Positions 19,174 to 28,552 of a stretch of 64,000 nucleotides of DNA are shown piece by piece. The notes below the pieces were generated by a model. It worked only from the letters and a program-made list of their open reading frames with translations, was not told where the DNA came from and ran no database searches. Origin of the DNA: an uncultured cyanobacterium (GTDB taxonomy: Bacteria > Cyanobacteriota > Cyanobacteriia > PCC-6307 > Cyanobiaceae); the NCBI GenBank assembly GCA_963765575.1, contig CAVXWZ010000005.1, positions 96,001 through 160,000 of the forward strand, in the 5' to 3' direction. A program made the position numbers and the translations under genes. Numbering within the stretch: position 1 is the first letter of the stretch; each line of letters begins with the position of its first letter.

Positions 19174-20274
19174 TCAGCGATCCACGTCTTCGCCACCGGC
19201 CATGAGCCCCTGGCGCCAGGTCAGCAGCTTCAGCAGCGTGGCCTTCACCGCTCCAGTGGCGATCAGCTGCCGGGCCTGCTGCACAGCTTCCGCCTGCGTG
19301 CAGCTGCGATCGCTGAACCAGAGGTAGCAGCCGCCATTCCAGATCAGTTGCTTGGCCAGCGGGCCGTTGCCTTCGAGTGCCTCGGCGGCCGCGCCAACCC
19401 AGGCCCGTTCACTCTCCCAGGCCAGATCAGGGCCGTAGCAGTCGTGGTCGCGGGGGTGCAGGATCAGCCGCTGGCTGCCGCTGTTGTCCACCATGGCGGT
19501 CACACAGGCACGGCTGGTGGGCAGGTCGGTGCTGCCCTCGAGGCCCTTCACCGTGACGATCTGATCTTCGCCCGCGAGCTGCAGGGCCTGCCAGGCCCGG
19601 GCTTCGGTGGGTGGGTGAACGAAGCCGCTGATCAGAAGATGCTCGCCCTGGTGTGCTGTCCAGAGCAGCTCCAGGCTGGCCACCGGCGGCCGTTTGCCCA
19701 GATCCTCCCGGTAGGGGATCAGTGACTGGGCCAGGGGGAAGTGATCGGGCTGGTGCAGCAGGGCCAGGCCGTGGGTCTGGAAACCCTCCTGCACCCTCTC
19801 GATCGGCAGGCCACCGAGATCGAGACCGAGCGCGGCGAACAGCTCCCGTGCCGTGACGCCGTATTTCACGGGCATGCGCTCGCCGCCGGAGAGCACCACC
19901 GGCCGCCCGGCCGCCAGCAACAGCAGCGCCGTGAGCGGAAACACCGGCGCGGTGCGGCTGCGCCCATCGAAGGGCATCCCGAAGCACAGGGGCGGGGACG
20001 ACGCTCCTGCAGGGCCGGCGCCAGTGAGCTGGGGGCCCAGCAGCCGGTAAGTGTCGAGCATGCCCGCCAGCTCCTGCGGCTCGGGCCGGCGGATGCGATG
20101 GGCGATCAGAAAAGCGCCGATCTGGGCTGGGGTGGCGCCACCGTTGAGCATCAGGTCCAGCGACTCGGCCGCCTCCTGGCGGCTGAGGCCCTTGCTGGTG
20201 TGTTCGCCACTGCCGATCTTGCGCAGCAGCTGCTTGAAGCGTTGCCGTTGGTCGTCGCTGACGGCCACCGCCAT
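19174..20274 (-). CDS. Anthranilate phosphoribosyltransferase-like / glycosyltransferase family 3 protein (CnaT/YbiB-like)
   Basis: [33 protein letters not shown]; located in nitrogen cluster. Confidence 0.85.
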   Translation of the reverse strand: MAVAVSDDQRQRFKQLLRKIGSGEHTSKGLSRQEAAESLDLMLNGGATPAQIGAFLIAHRIRRPEPQELAGMLDTYRLLGPQLTGAGPAGASSPPLCFGMPFDGRSRTAPVFPLTALLLLAAGRPVVLSGGERMPVKYGVTARELFAALGLDLGGLPIERVQEGFQTHGLALLHQPDHFPLAQSLIPYREDLGKRPPVASLELLWTAHQGEHLLISGFVHPPTEARAWQALQLAGEDQIVTVKGLEGSTDLPTSRACVTAMVDNSGSQRLILHPRDHDCYGPDLAWESERAWVGAAAEALEGNGPLAKQLIWNGGCYLWFSDRSCTQAEAVQQARQLIATGAVKATLLKLLTWRQGLMAGGEDVDR

Positions 20275-20480
20275 GGCCGCCGGCAGGGGGAACGTCCCGG
20301 GCAGCGACCCGACGGAGCCCTGGCCTGTCTGCGCTGTTGAGGGCCCCATGGTCAACGCTGACGCTCCCGAAATCCAGGCAATGCGGTGGCCATGACCTCC
20401 TGGGGCCAGCCTGGCTTGCCGGACTGGAGTTTCGCGGAAAGCACCGAATTCATCGTGGACCAGCGCCCGCCCGGCATCCT

Positions 20481-20522
20481 GTAGCGGTTGCTGCCGGAAG
20501 GCCTGGCCTGCCGGGGAAGACT
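20481..20522 (+). promoter_or_regulatory. Putative NtcA-type promoter of cynS
   Basis: GTA-gcggttgc-TGC, 22 nt, AAGACT (both elements one mismatch from consensus). Confidence 0.5.
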
Positions 20523-20549
20523 CCTGTTCGCACCTTGAACACCTCTTCG

Positions 20550-21008
20550 ATGGCCGACTCCCTTCCCTCCTCCCAGGCTGTGACAGCTGCCCTGATGGCC
20601 GCCAAGAAGAGTCGTGGCCTCAGCTTTGTTGAGCTGGGGGAAGCGCTGGGCCGCCATGAGGTGTGGGTGGCCTCGCTGTTCTATCAACAGGCGACCGCCT
20701 CCGCCGATGAGGCCGCCCGGCTGGCGGAGGTCCTGGGTCTCGATGCCGGCACCACCGCAGCCATTCAGGAGTTTCCCACCAAAGGATCCCTCGATCCCGT
20801 GATCCCCACCGACCCGCTGATCTACCGCTTCTACGAGATCATGCAGGTGTATGGCATGCCGATGAAAGATGTGATTCAGGAGAAGTTTGGCGATGGCATC
20901 ATGAGCGCTATTGATTTCACCCTTGCTGTGGACAAGGAATCGAATCCTGCTGGTGACCGCGTGAAGATCACGATGTGCGGGAAGTTCCTTCCCTACAAGA
21001 AATGGTGA
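20550..21008 (+). CDS. cynS: Cyanase
   Basis: [30 protein letters not shown]. Confidence 0.97.
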   Translation: MADSLPSSQAVTAALMAAKKSRGLSFVELGEALGRHEVWVASLFYQQATASADEAARLAEVLGLDAGTTAAIQEFPTKGSLDPVIPTDPLIYRFYEIMQVYGMPMKDVIQEKFGDGIMSAIDFTLAVDKESNPAGDRVKITMCGKFLPYKKW

Positions 21009-21055
21009 TCCAGCTCTGAGTTTCTCTCAAGTCTGAGTTTGCCACAGATGGCAGA

Positions 21056-21084
21056 AGCCGGACCCAGCATGACTGGATCCGGCT
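21056..21084. terminator. Stem-loop between convergent cynS and focA
   Basis: agccggacccag-catga-ctggatccggct, 12-bp stem with one mismatch; no U tract. Confidence 0.45.
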
Positions 21085-21181
21085 GACAGACGATCCATGA
21101 TCGCTAGGGATATCGAGGAGTATGGGAAACGGCATGGCGGAAAGCCCACTTCAGGGGGCCCCAGCTTGAGCCGGCCCAGCC

Positions 21182-22063
21182 TCAGCGGGCACCCAGCTCT
21201 GCAGCCAGTTCCCGCTCCAGCTTTTCATCATGCTTCAGAGGCAGCACGTTGCTCATCGGTGAGCGGTGCGTGCTGTAGAAGAGCATGCCGATGAAGACCA
21301 TTCCACCCACGATGTTGCCGAGGGTGACGGGAAGATAATTCCAGAAGACGATCTGTCCGAACCCCACCCCGGAGCCCAGCAGTGGCCCAGTGGTGTGCAG
21401 AAACATGTTGACAACGATGTGCTCCATGCCGAGGGCTTGGAAGGCGGTGATCGGTAGCCAGCAGGCCATGATCTTGCCGGGGACACTCTTGCTCACCAGA
21501 GCCAGGGTGACGCCGAGGCAGACCAGCCAGTTGGCGATTACGCCGCGCAGGAAGGCTAGGAAAAAACCCAGTACGCCCAGGTCCTGATACTTGACAATCA
21601 CGTTGGCCTTGTTGAGGCCAATGATCTTGTTGGCAACGGCGACCCAGTCTCCTGTGCCGGCAGCCAGGTCTGCTGTGCCGCCACTGGTGAGGCTGATGGC
21701 AAAGAGGATGCCCACAAGGCCGGTGCCGAGAAAATTACCGATCCACACCCAGATCCAGTTGCGGATGGTTTTGCTCCAGGTGGTCTTTCCGGCCCAGACC
21801 GCCATGGGAAGCAGGGCAAAATTGCCGGTGACCAGCTCCATGCCGAAGAGCACAATGCTGGCGAATCCAAATGGGAAGATGAAGGATCCGATCCACGGAA
21901 TCCCGGTCTGATGCATGATTGTGAGGGCCAGGCACAAGGCCAGCCCAAGGGCTGATCCAGAGTAAAAACCGCGAATCAATAGATTCTTGGTGCTGACACT
22001 GGACTTCTTGCCGCCGGCGGCAATCATGCCCTCGACAAGCTCATTGGGTAAAACGTAATCCAT
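21182..22063 (-). CDS. focA: Formate/nitrite transporter family nitrite channel (FocA/NitM)
   Basis: ELVTGNF, GNFLG, ANWLVCL, EHIVVNM, TLGNIVGG. Confidence 0.93.
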   Translation of the reverse strand: MDYVLPNELVEGMIAAGGKKSSVSTKNLLIRGFYSGSALGLALCLALTIMHQTGIPWIGSFIFPFGFASIVLFGMELVTGNFALLPMAVWAGKTTWSKTIRNWIWVWIGNFLGTGLVGILFAISLTSGGTADLAAGTGDWVAVANKIIGLNKANVIVKYQDLGVLGFFLAFLRGVIANWLVCLGVTLALVSKSVPGKIMACWLPITAFQALGMEHIVVNMFLHTTGPLLGSGVGFGQIVFWNYLPVTLGNIVGGMVFIGMLFYSTHRSPMSNVLPLKHDEKLERELAAELGAR

Positions 22064-22108
22064 CAAACAGGAGGGGAAGAGGTTGCTGGCTGTGTCGCTG
22101 GTTCAGCC

Positions 22109-22279
22109 TTAACGGCTGATGCGATTCATGAATCGGCTGAAAGGATCGTCCTGGCGTGCTTCCAGGGGCTGCAGGCGATCTGAGACCGTGGCTGATGGCG
22201 GCGCGTCAGGTTGGTCGCTGCCCTGGGTGCTCAGCCAGTTCATGAGGCGAGAAAAGGAATCCTGTTTTGGTGGGGTCAT
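22109..22279 (-). CDS. 56-aa small protein with duplicated FSR(L/F)MN motif
   Basis: MTPPKQDSFSRLMNWLS...RQDDPFSRFMNRISR; co-oriented immediately upstream of focA. Confidence 0.7.
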   Translation of the reverse strand: MTPPKQDSFSRLMNWLSTQGSDQPDAPPSATVSDRLQPLEARQDDPFSRFMNRISR

Positions 22280-22486
22280 GGTGGGTGCGCTGTGCTGGCA
22301 ACGGTGCGATCGCAGGCCAAGCGATCCGTCCCTGTGGACAAGGGATGGGTGGCAGGGGTGCTGGATGGGGTCAACCGATGCGGCAGGAACAAGCGGCGCG
22401 ACGGTCAACGGGAGACTGACTCAGCGCTTCAAAAGAACAGCGTCGCTGAGTGTGTCTATTGATGGCTGAAAGGTCACGACGTTGTT

Positions 22487-22500
22487 GTGCTGACCGTTAC
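22487..22500 (-). promoter_or_regulatory. Putative NtcA box upstream of small ORF-focA
   Basis: Minus strand GTA-acggtcag-CAC. Confidence 0.55.
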
Positions 22501-22530
22501 GAAACTCCGAATTCCCGTGGCTGCCAGCCC

Positions 22531-22752
22531 TCAGCCGGCGCCCACCAGCGTTTTCCACCAGCGCCGGGCCCCCTGGCGCAGCATCCGACCCACGATTGTC
22601 ATGGCTTGGACATCACGCTCGATCCCCTCGCCGCGGGGCACGTTGGCTGCACGGCTGCGCGGCGCCGGGCCGGGACCGAGTGGACAGCTCGCCTGCAATT
22701 CGGGGTGGCCTGCCCGTCTGGAGCGGGGCAGAACGCGATCAGGCGGTGCCAT
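22531..22752 (-). CDS. Possible small hypothetical protein
   Basis: ATG-initiated 73-aa ORF ending in an amphipathic-looking tail EGIERDVQAMTIVGRMLRQGARRWWKTLV. Confidence 0.3.
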   Translation of the reverse strand: MAPPDRVLPRSRRAGHPELQASCPLGPGPAPRSRAANVPRGEGIERDVQAMTIVGRMLRQGARRWWKTLVGAG

Positions 22753-22859
22753 TGATGGGATCGGGACAGAGGCAAGCCTGACTACAGCAGCTCTGGGTGA
22801 GATGCTGGGGTGATCGTTGTAACCGCTGGGTCCACCGGCGGGCGGCCTTGAAGGGCATT

Positions 22860-22895
22860 CCGGCGCTGTTGCCGGTGCTGTTGCCGGCGCTGTTG
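22860..22895 (+). repeat. 12-bp tandem repeat x3 (ccggYgctgttg) abutting nirA NtcA box
   Basis: ccggcgctgttg ccggtgctgttg ccggcgctgttg. Confidence 0.75.
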
Positions 22896-22937
22896 GTAGT
22901 GCTTGCCACACGGAAGCGCAGCAGCCCCGATCAGCAT
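22896..22937 (+). promoter_or_regulatory. Putative NtcA-type promoter of nirA
   Basis: GTA-gtgcttgc-CAC, 22 nt, CAGCAT; 32 nt before ATG. Confidence 0.65.
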
Positions 22938-22969
22938 CAGTGCCCGCTTCCCGTGCTCGGAACCTCCCC

Positions 22970-24529
22970 ATGGACGACAAGACGCTGCCGGTCCCGGGCA
23001 CCCCGGCCCTGAGCAAGGTTGAGCAGGCCAAGGCCGAGCTCTGTGGCCTGGACCTGGAGCCCAGGCTGGCGAATCTGGCCGCCCAGGGCTGGCAGGCCCT
23101 CGATGAGGCCACCCTCACCATCCGCCTGAAGTGGTTGGGAATCTTCTTCCGTCCCGTGACACCCGGGCGGTTCATGCTGCGGCTGCGGACGGCCAACGGT
23201 GTGATCCGATCCGAGCAGTTGGCGGTGCTGGCTGAGGCCGTGGACCGCTGCGGGGAGCATGGCAGCGCCGACATCACCACCCGTCAGAACCTCCAGCTGC
23301 GGGGCCTGTTGCTGGAGGACATGCCTCCCCTGCTGGCGGAGATGGAGCGGGTGGGGCTCACCTCACGGCAGTCGGGCCACGACAACCCGCGCAACATCAC
23401 GGGCAATCCCCTGGCGGGCATCGACCCGGAGGAGATCGTGGACACCCGGCCGCTGGTGCAGGCGATCCAGAACACCCTGCTCGGCGCCGGCGGGCCCCGC
23501 AACCTGCCTCGCAAGTTCAATGTGGCGGTGGGCGGAGCTGCCGACAGCTTCCTGCTGCACAACGACCTGGCCTTCCTCCCCGCCGAGCGCGATGGAGAGC
23601 AGGGCTTCACGGTGATGGTGGGCGGCTTTTTCTCCGCCCAGCGCAGTGAGCTGGCCATCCCCTTGGGCCTGTGGCTGCGGGCTGAGCAGTTGCCAGGGTT
23701 CACCCTGGCGTTGCTGTTGCACTACCAGGAGCACGGCAACCGCCAGCAGCGCAACAAGAGCCGTCTGATGTATCTCATCGACCAGCTCGGCCTGGAGAGC
23801 TACCGCGAAGCCGTGCTGGCGGCCTGGCGGCAGCAGGTGGGTGACGGGGCCGTGGCGCCTGCCCATGACGGCTCCCACCGGGTGAATCGCGCCCCGCGGG
23901 ATGGCCTGGGGGTGAACGCCCAGAAACAGGCGGGCCTGCACTGGCTGGGGCTGCACGTGCCGATGGGACGGCTGGATGCCGCCGCCATGGCGGAGTTGGC
24001 GCGCCTGGCCCGCACCTACGGCAGCGGCGAACTGCGCTTCACCGAGGCCCAGAACGCCCTGATCGTGGACGTGCCCAGCGAGCAGCTGGGCGCATTGCTG
24101 GCGGAGCCCCTGCTGCAGGGTCTGCGGCCCGAACCGTCCGCCCTGCAGGCGGAGGCGGTGAGCTGCACCGGGAATGCCTACTGCGGCTTTGCCCTGATCC
24201 CCACCAAGGGGAAGGCCCAGGAGGTGCTGGAGCAGCTGGAGCAGCGGGTCGAGCTGCCCCATGCCGTGCGCATGCACTGGACCGGCTGCCCCAATGCCTG
24301 CGGCCAGCCCTTCATGGGCCAGATCGGACTGATGGGCGCCAAGGCACGCAAGGACGGCGAGATGGTGGAGGCCGCCAAGATCTTTCTGGGCGGATCGATG
24401 GGAGCCGAGCCGAAGCTCGCTGAACTCCATGGCCAGGCGGTGCCCCTCAGCGACCTGCCCGATGTGCTCGAAGCGTTGCTGGTGGAGCGCTTCGGGGCAC
24501 GGCGCCTGATCAGCGCTCCCGTCAGCTGA
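22970..24529 (+). CDS. nirA: Ferredoxin-nitrite reductase
   Basis: DITTRQNLQ, LPRKFNVA, CTGNAYC and GCPNAC siroheme-[4Fe-4S] ligands. Confidence 0.97.
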   Translation: MDDKTLPVPGTPALSKVEQAKAELCGLDLEPRLANLAAQGWQALDEATLTIRLKWLGIFFRPVTPGRFMLRLRTANGVIRSEQLAVLAEAVDRCGEHGSADITTRQNLQLRGLLLEDMPPLLAEMERVGLTSRQSGHDNPRNITGNPLAGIDPEEIVDTRPLVQAIQNTLLGAGGPRNLPRKFNVAVGGAADSFLLHNDLAFLPAERDGEQGFTVMVGGFFSAQRSELAIPLGLWLRAEQLPGFTLALLLHYQEHGNRQQRNKSRLMYLIDQLGLESYREAVLAAWRQQVGDGAVAPAHDGSHRVNRAPRDGLGVNAQKQAGLHWLGLHVPMGRLDAAAMAELARLARTYGSGELRFTEAQNALIVDVPSEQLGALLAEPLLQGLRPEPSALQAEAVSCTGNAYCGFALIPTKGKAQEVLEQLEQRVELPHAVRMHWTGCPNACGQPFMGQIGLMGAKARKDGEMVEAAKIFLGGSMGAEPKLAELHGQAVPLSDLPDVLEALLVERFGARRLISAPVS

Positions 24530-24571
24530 GGTCCCTTGTCCGCCAGGCTGGCCTGGCTGGAGCTTTCGAGC

Positions 24572-26012
24572 ATGGCCATCGGCCCCCACCCTGATTGCCG
24601 TGGTTCGAGGCTCAAGCCCGCACCGACAGCCCCCGCCGTCCCCCTCCAACACCCCGCCCCCCCCGGTGTGGACCCCGGTGATCTGCCCAGCGGCACCGAT
24701 CCCTTGCGCTGGCCGTGGCTGCAGCGGCTCAGACGCTGCGAGAACCTCGATCTCGAATCCTGGCTGCAGGCGCTGGAAACCGGGACGCTGGAGCTGCAGA
24801 GCGATCTGCTGGCGGTCCTGGCCGAGCGCCTCGATGGTCCGGCCGAGCTGAGGCTGCTGCGCTGCTGGGCCCGCCAGGCGGACTCCGACCCCGGGCTGCT
24901 GGCTCTGCTCGGCCGCCATCGCCATCCGGCCACCGCCGCCTGGCTGCTGGAGCAGCTCAGCCCCGGCCCGGCAGCTCAGGCCGGCGGCTTCCGCCCGCAG
25001 AGCGCCGCAGCCCTGCTGCCACTGCTGGGCCATCAGCGCCGGCGCGAGGCCTGGCCGGTGCTGAACAGCTGGCTGCAGGCCCCCCTGGCCCGTGGCCTGC
25101 GGCGCTCGGCCCTGGAGGGCCTGGCCGTGGGCCTGCCGGCCTGGCCCCGGCGCCCCCTGGCCCTCTGTCTCGAACGGCTGGCCGGCGACCTCGATGGACA
25201 GTTGGCGGCAGCGGCGGTGGATCTGCTGGCACGGCTGCCCCGGGCGCGCCGGCACCTGGTGCCACTGGCCCGTCGCCCGCTCGAGCCGGCGGTGGAGCTG
25301 CGCCTGCGGCGCCGCCTGGCCGCCACACCGGCCCAGCCCCTGCTGCTCGTGGTGCATGGCCGGGCCGGTGGCGAGATTCCCGCCGAGCTGGCCGACCTGG
25401 CCGCTGCGCTGGAACAGCGGCGCCGGGCAGCGGTGAGGATCCAGGCGCTGACCGCGGCGGCACCGCCCGCCAGCCGCTGAGCTGCTGGGGGCCTCCCGAG
25501 GCCTCACCCTGGTGCCCCTGCTGCTGCTGCCGGGCGGCCACGTGCGCCAGGACCTGCCCGCCATCGTGGGCCACTGGTGCGGTCTCACCGCCGTGCAGCG
25601 TCTGCCCTTTCTGGGGGCGTGGCCCAGCTGGCAGCGAGCGCTGCGGGGGGAGCTGCAGGCTCTGGCCACAGCCACCTCCACAGCCACCTCCACAGCCACA
25701 AACAACGCCACCGGAGCCCCATCAGCCGCGACGCAGAAGCCGCCGCTGCTGCTGCACCACCCCATCGAAGGTCGCCTGGCCGAGCGCTTCCTGGCCCAGC
25801 TGGAGCGGGCCGTGGGCGGTCGCTGCCTCGCCACTCCATACAGTGCCGACCACCTCGCGGAACTGGCGCTGACCCTCGCGGCCCCGGCCCTGCCCCTGGC
25901 GCTGGCGACCAACCGGCTCACGGATCGGCTCTCCTCTCTGGTGGGGCCGCCGCTGCTGCAGCGGCCCAGCCTGCGTCAGCTGCTCCTCGATGAGCTGGAG
26001 GCCCTGCCGTGA
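24572..26012 (+). CDS. HEAT-like repeat + CbiX/SirB chelatase-like protein, split by +1 frameshift near 25472
   Basis: First frame ends with LLLVVHGRAGG; second frame has VPLLLLPGGHVRQDLP; removing one base at ~25472 joins them. Confidence 0.75.
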
Positions 26013-26833
26013 CCAACGGCCTCGGCCCGGCTGGCCTGGCGTCCCTTGGCACTCTGGAGCCTGTGGGCACGGTGTATCTGGTGGGCGCCGGCCCCGGCGA
26101 TCCGGAGCTGCTCACACTGCGGGCCCATCGCCTGCTCACCCAGTGCGACGCCCTGGTGCACGATGCCCTGGTGCCCCCGGTCCTGCTCAACCTGGTGCCC
26201 GCCGGCTGTGAGCGGCACTTCGTGGGCAAGCGCCGCGGCCACCATGCGTCACCCCAGCCCAGCACCAACGCCGTGCTGGTGGCGTTGGCCCGTCGCCACC
26301 GCTGCGTCGTGCGCCTCAAGGGTGGCGACCCCTTCCTGTTCGGCCGCGGCGGCGAGGAGGCCGCCCACCTGGCTGCCAATGGTGTGCCGGTGGAGGTGGT
26401 GCCGGGGGTCACGGCGGGCATCGCCGCCCCCGCCTACGCCGGCATCCCGGTCACCCACCGCAGCGCCGGCTCCAGTGTCACCTTCGTGACCGGCCATGAG
26501 GAGGTCGACAAGCAACGTCCCGGTGTCGACTGGCGCGGGCTGGCCCGCAGCAGCGACGGTCTGGTGATCTACATGGGTCTGCACAACCTGCGCCGCATCG
26601 CCGAGGAGCTGTTGGCGGGGGGACTGGCCGACGACACGCCGGCCGCGATCATCCAGCAGGGCACGGTGCAGGGCCAGCGGCTGCTGCTCAGCCCCCTGGC
26701 CCAGCTGGCCGAGCGGGCGCTGGCGGGGGGGTTCGCCTCCCCCTCGATTGTGGTGGTGGGCAAGGTGGTGGCCCAGCGGGTGGGCGCCTGCGCCCCCGTG
26801 CCGGCGACGGTGGAGATGCCGATTCCTCTCTGA
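26009..26833 (+). CDS. cobA: Uroporphyrinogen-III C-methyltransferase
   Basis: VYLVGAGPGDPELLT, RLKGGDPFLFGRGGEE, GIPVTHR. Confidence 0.96.
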   Translation: MTNGLGPAGLASLGTLEPVGTVYLVGAGPGDPELLTLRAHRLLTQCDALVHDALVPPVLLNLVPAGCERHFVGKRRGHHASPQPSTNAVLVALARRHRCVVRLKGGDPFLFGRGGEEAAHLAANGVPVEVVPGVTAGIAAPAYAGIPVTHRSAGSSVTFVTGHEEVDKQRPGVDWRGLARSSDGLVIYMGLHNLRRIAEELLAGGLADDTPAAIIQQGTVQGQRLLLSPLAQLAERALAGGFASPSIVVVGKVVAQRVGACAPVPATVEMPIPL

Positions 26834-26958
26834 ATGCCGCCCGATGCCGCCCGCGCTGAATCGTCCTCGCTGTGGCGCTGAGCGCCGTTGAGCAACCAGG
26901 GCCTGATGAACAGAACCTGATCACGACAGTGAAATACGCTGGACCAGTGTCGGCTTTG

Positions 26959-26972
26959 GTAGTTCTTGCCAC
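26959..26972 (+). promoter_or_regulatory. Putative NtcA box upstream of cupin gene
   Basis: GTAGTTCTTGCCAC, 13/14 identical to the nirA box. Confidence 0.6.
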
Positions 26973-27036
26973 GGTCGCAGAGGCCGGCTCTTCGGTTCAC
27001 TTAGGTATCTCCACCCACGGCTTCCGGGCCTCCCCC

Positions 27037-27594
27037 ATGGCTGCCATCCCCCTGCGCCGCAACCCCGAGTTGGGCGACAGTCAACCTCCGGCGCCGGCCC
27101 ACCCCGTGCGGCCGGCGCCGATGTTCGAGTTGATTCCCTACGAGCGCTTCCGCGATACCCCCAGCGTGCGCTTCTTCGACATCACCGTGGCCGCGTCCAA
27201 CGCCCGCGACCTGGTGGTGCATTCCGGCCCGGCCGTCTCCCCCCCTGACGCCGACACCGGGGCCTGGCAGTTCTATCTGCATCCCCACCAGGAGGACAAC
27301 CTGCTGGCCCTGCATGGCGGCCGCACCTTTTTCCTGGTGAACTTCGGCTGGAACTACCCGTTCCACATCGTGAGGCTGGACACCGGCGGCGACATCCTGC
27401 GCATCCCCCCCGGCACCTTCCACCGCTCCGTGTCCGACCCGGAGGGTTCGGTGGTGCTCAACCAGGCGGTGCGGGAGGAGAACGCCAGCCTGGTGCGGGA
27501 ATTCCGGGTGTACAACAGCAGCCGCATCCCGCGGCTGTTCGCCACCACCTGCAACACCGCGCCGCTGCCGAAGCTGCACGGGCTCAACTGGTAA
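27037..27594 (+). CDS. Cupin-fold protein of unknown function
   Basis: FYLHPHQED and LRIPPGTFHRS cupin motifs 1/2; alternative start 27121. Confidence 0.8.
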   Translation: MAAIPLRRNPELGDSQPPAPAHPVRPAPMFELIPYERFRDTPSVRFFDITVAASNARDLVVHSGPAVSPPDADTGAWQFYLHPHQEDNLLALHGGRTFFLVNFGWNYPFHIVRLDTGGDILRIPPGTFHRSVSDPEGSVVLNQAVREENASLVREFRVYNSSRIPRLFATTCNTAPLPKLHGLNW

Positions 27595-27622
27595 GACCCC
27601 CGCGACTTCAGGGGCCGGGCGT

Positions 27623-28552
27623 TCAGGGGCTGGTCTGGAAGGCCGTGACGTCCACCCCATGACCTGCCGACACCACACCGGTGACGTTGTGGGCGGCATC
27701 GAGCATGTCGGCTTCGATCGTCCAGTCGAGCGTGCTGTGCACCCCCGGTGGCCCGGAGAAGCTGCCGGTGACCGCGGCGGTGAGCTCGGGCTTGGATGAG
27801 GTGGCCAGGGTGATGTAGCGGTCGTCAATGATGCCGATGCCGCTGGGGTCGACCCCGCGCCAGCCGGCGCCTGGCAGGTACACCTCGGCCCAGGCATGCA
27901 GGTCGTAGCGCTGCGGCTTGGGCTCCACCAGGTGGTAGCCACTCACGAAGCGGGCGGGCAGCCCCACACAGCGGCAGGCTTCCACCATCAGCATCGCCAG
28001 GTCGCGGCAGGAGCCCACCCGCTCTTTCAGGGTGCGGCCGGCGGGCCAGGCCGGACCGGTATGGCGCTGGGTGTACTTGACCCGATCCTTAATCATCTCC
28101 ACCAGCTGTTGCAGGAACAGCAGGGCCCGCTGATCGCTGCCCATCAGCGCCTCCTGGGCCAGGTCCACGGCCGCCGGATCGTGCTGGCCGTTGGGTAGCC
28201 AGCCGTTCAGGGATCCCATCAGGTCACCGTTGAGGTGGCCCACCGGATAGGGCAGATGGGGTTCGTTCTCCTCCAGGCAGGCCTGCAGCAACGGCGGCGT
28301 GTCCGTCTCCACCACGCTGGTGGAGCGCACCTGGAAATCCTGGTTGTCGCCCTGGAAGCGGGCCCGCAGGATCTCGTCACCGCTGGCGGCCACCAGCGGA
28401 TAGAGGCGTGACGGCTCTGGGCTGATCTGCAGCTGGAAGTCCACCAGCTTCTGGAAGCCATGGCCGCGGGGCTTGAGGCAGAAGCGGTGGGGGCCGAGCA
28501 GCACCGGGGCGCTGTAGTGGTAGGTGAAGGTGTGGGTTACGCGAGCACGCAT
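27623..28552 (-). CDS. Transglutaminase-like protein
   Basis: GSCRDLA, ARFVSGY, LHAWAEVYLPGAGWRGVDP (Cys-His-Asp triad). Confidence 0.93.
   Translation of the reverse strand: MRARVTHTFTYHYSAPVLLGPHRFCLKPRGHGFQKLVDFQLQISPEPSRLYPLVAASGDEILRARFQGDNQDFQVRSTSVVETDTPPLLQACLEENEPHLPYPVGHLNGDLMGSLNGWLPNGQHDPAAVDLAQEALMGSDQRALLFLQQLVEMIKDRVKYTQRHTGPAWPAGRTLKERVGSCRDLAMLMVEACRCVGLPARFVSGYHLVEPKPQRYDLHAWAEVYLPGAGWRGVDPSGIGIIDDRYITLATSSKPELTAAVTGSFSGPPGVHSTLDWTIEADMLDAAHNVTGVVSAGHGVDVTAFQTSP

Noticed and set aside
25668..25700. 12-bp repeats encoding TATS in the CbiX part, and the AEAE/GAGA insert in ureF (~35640-35690)
   Set aside because: In-frame low-complexity linker slippage; no sign of separate function.
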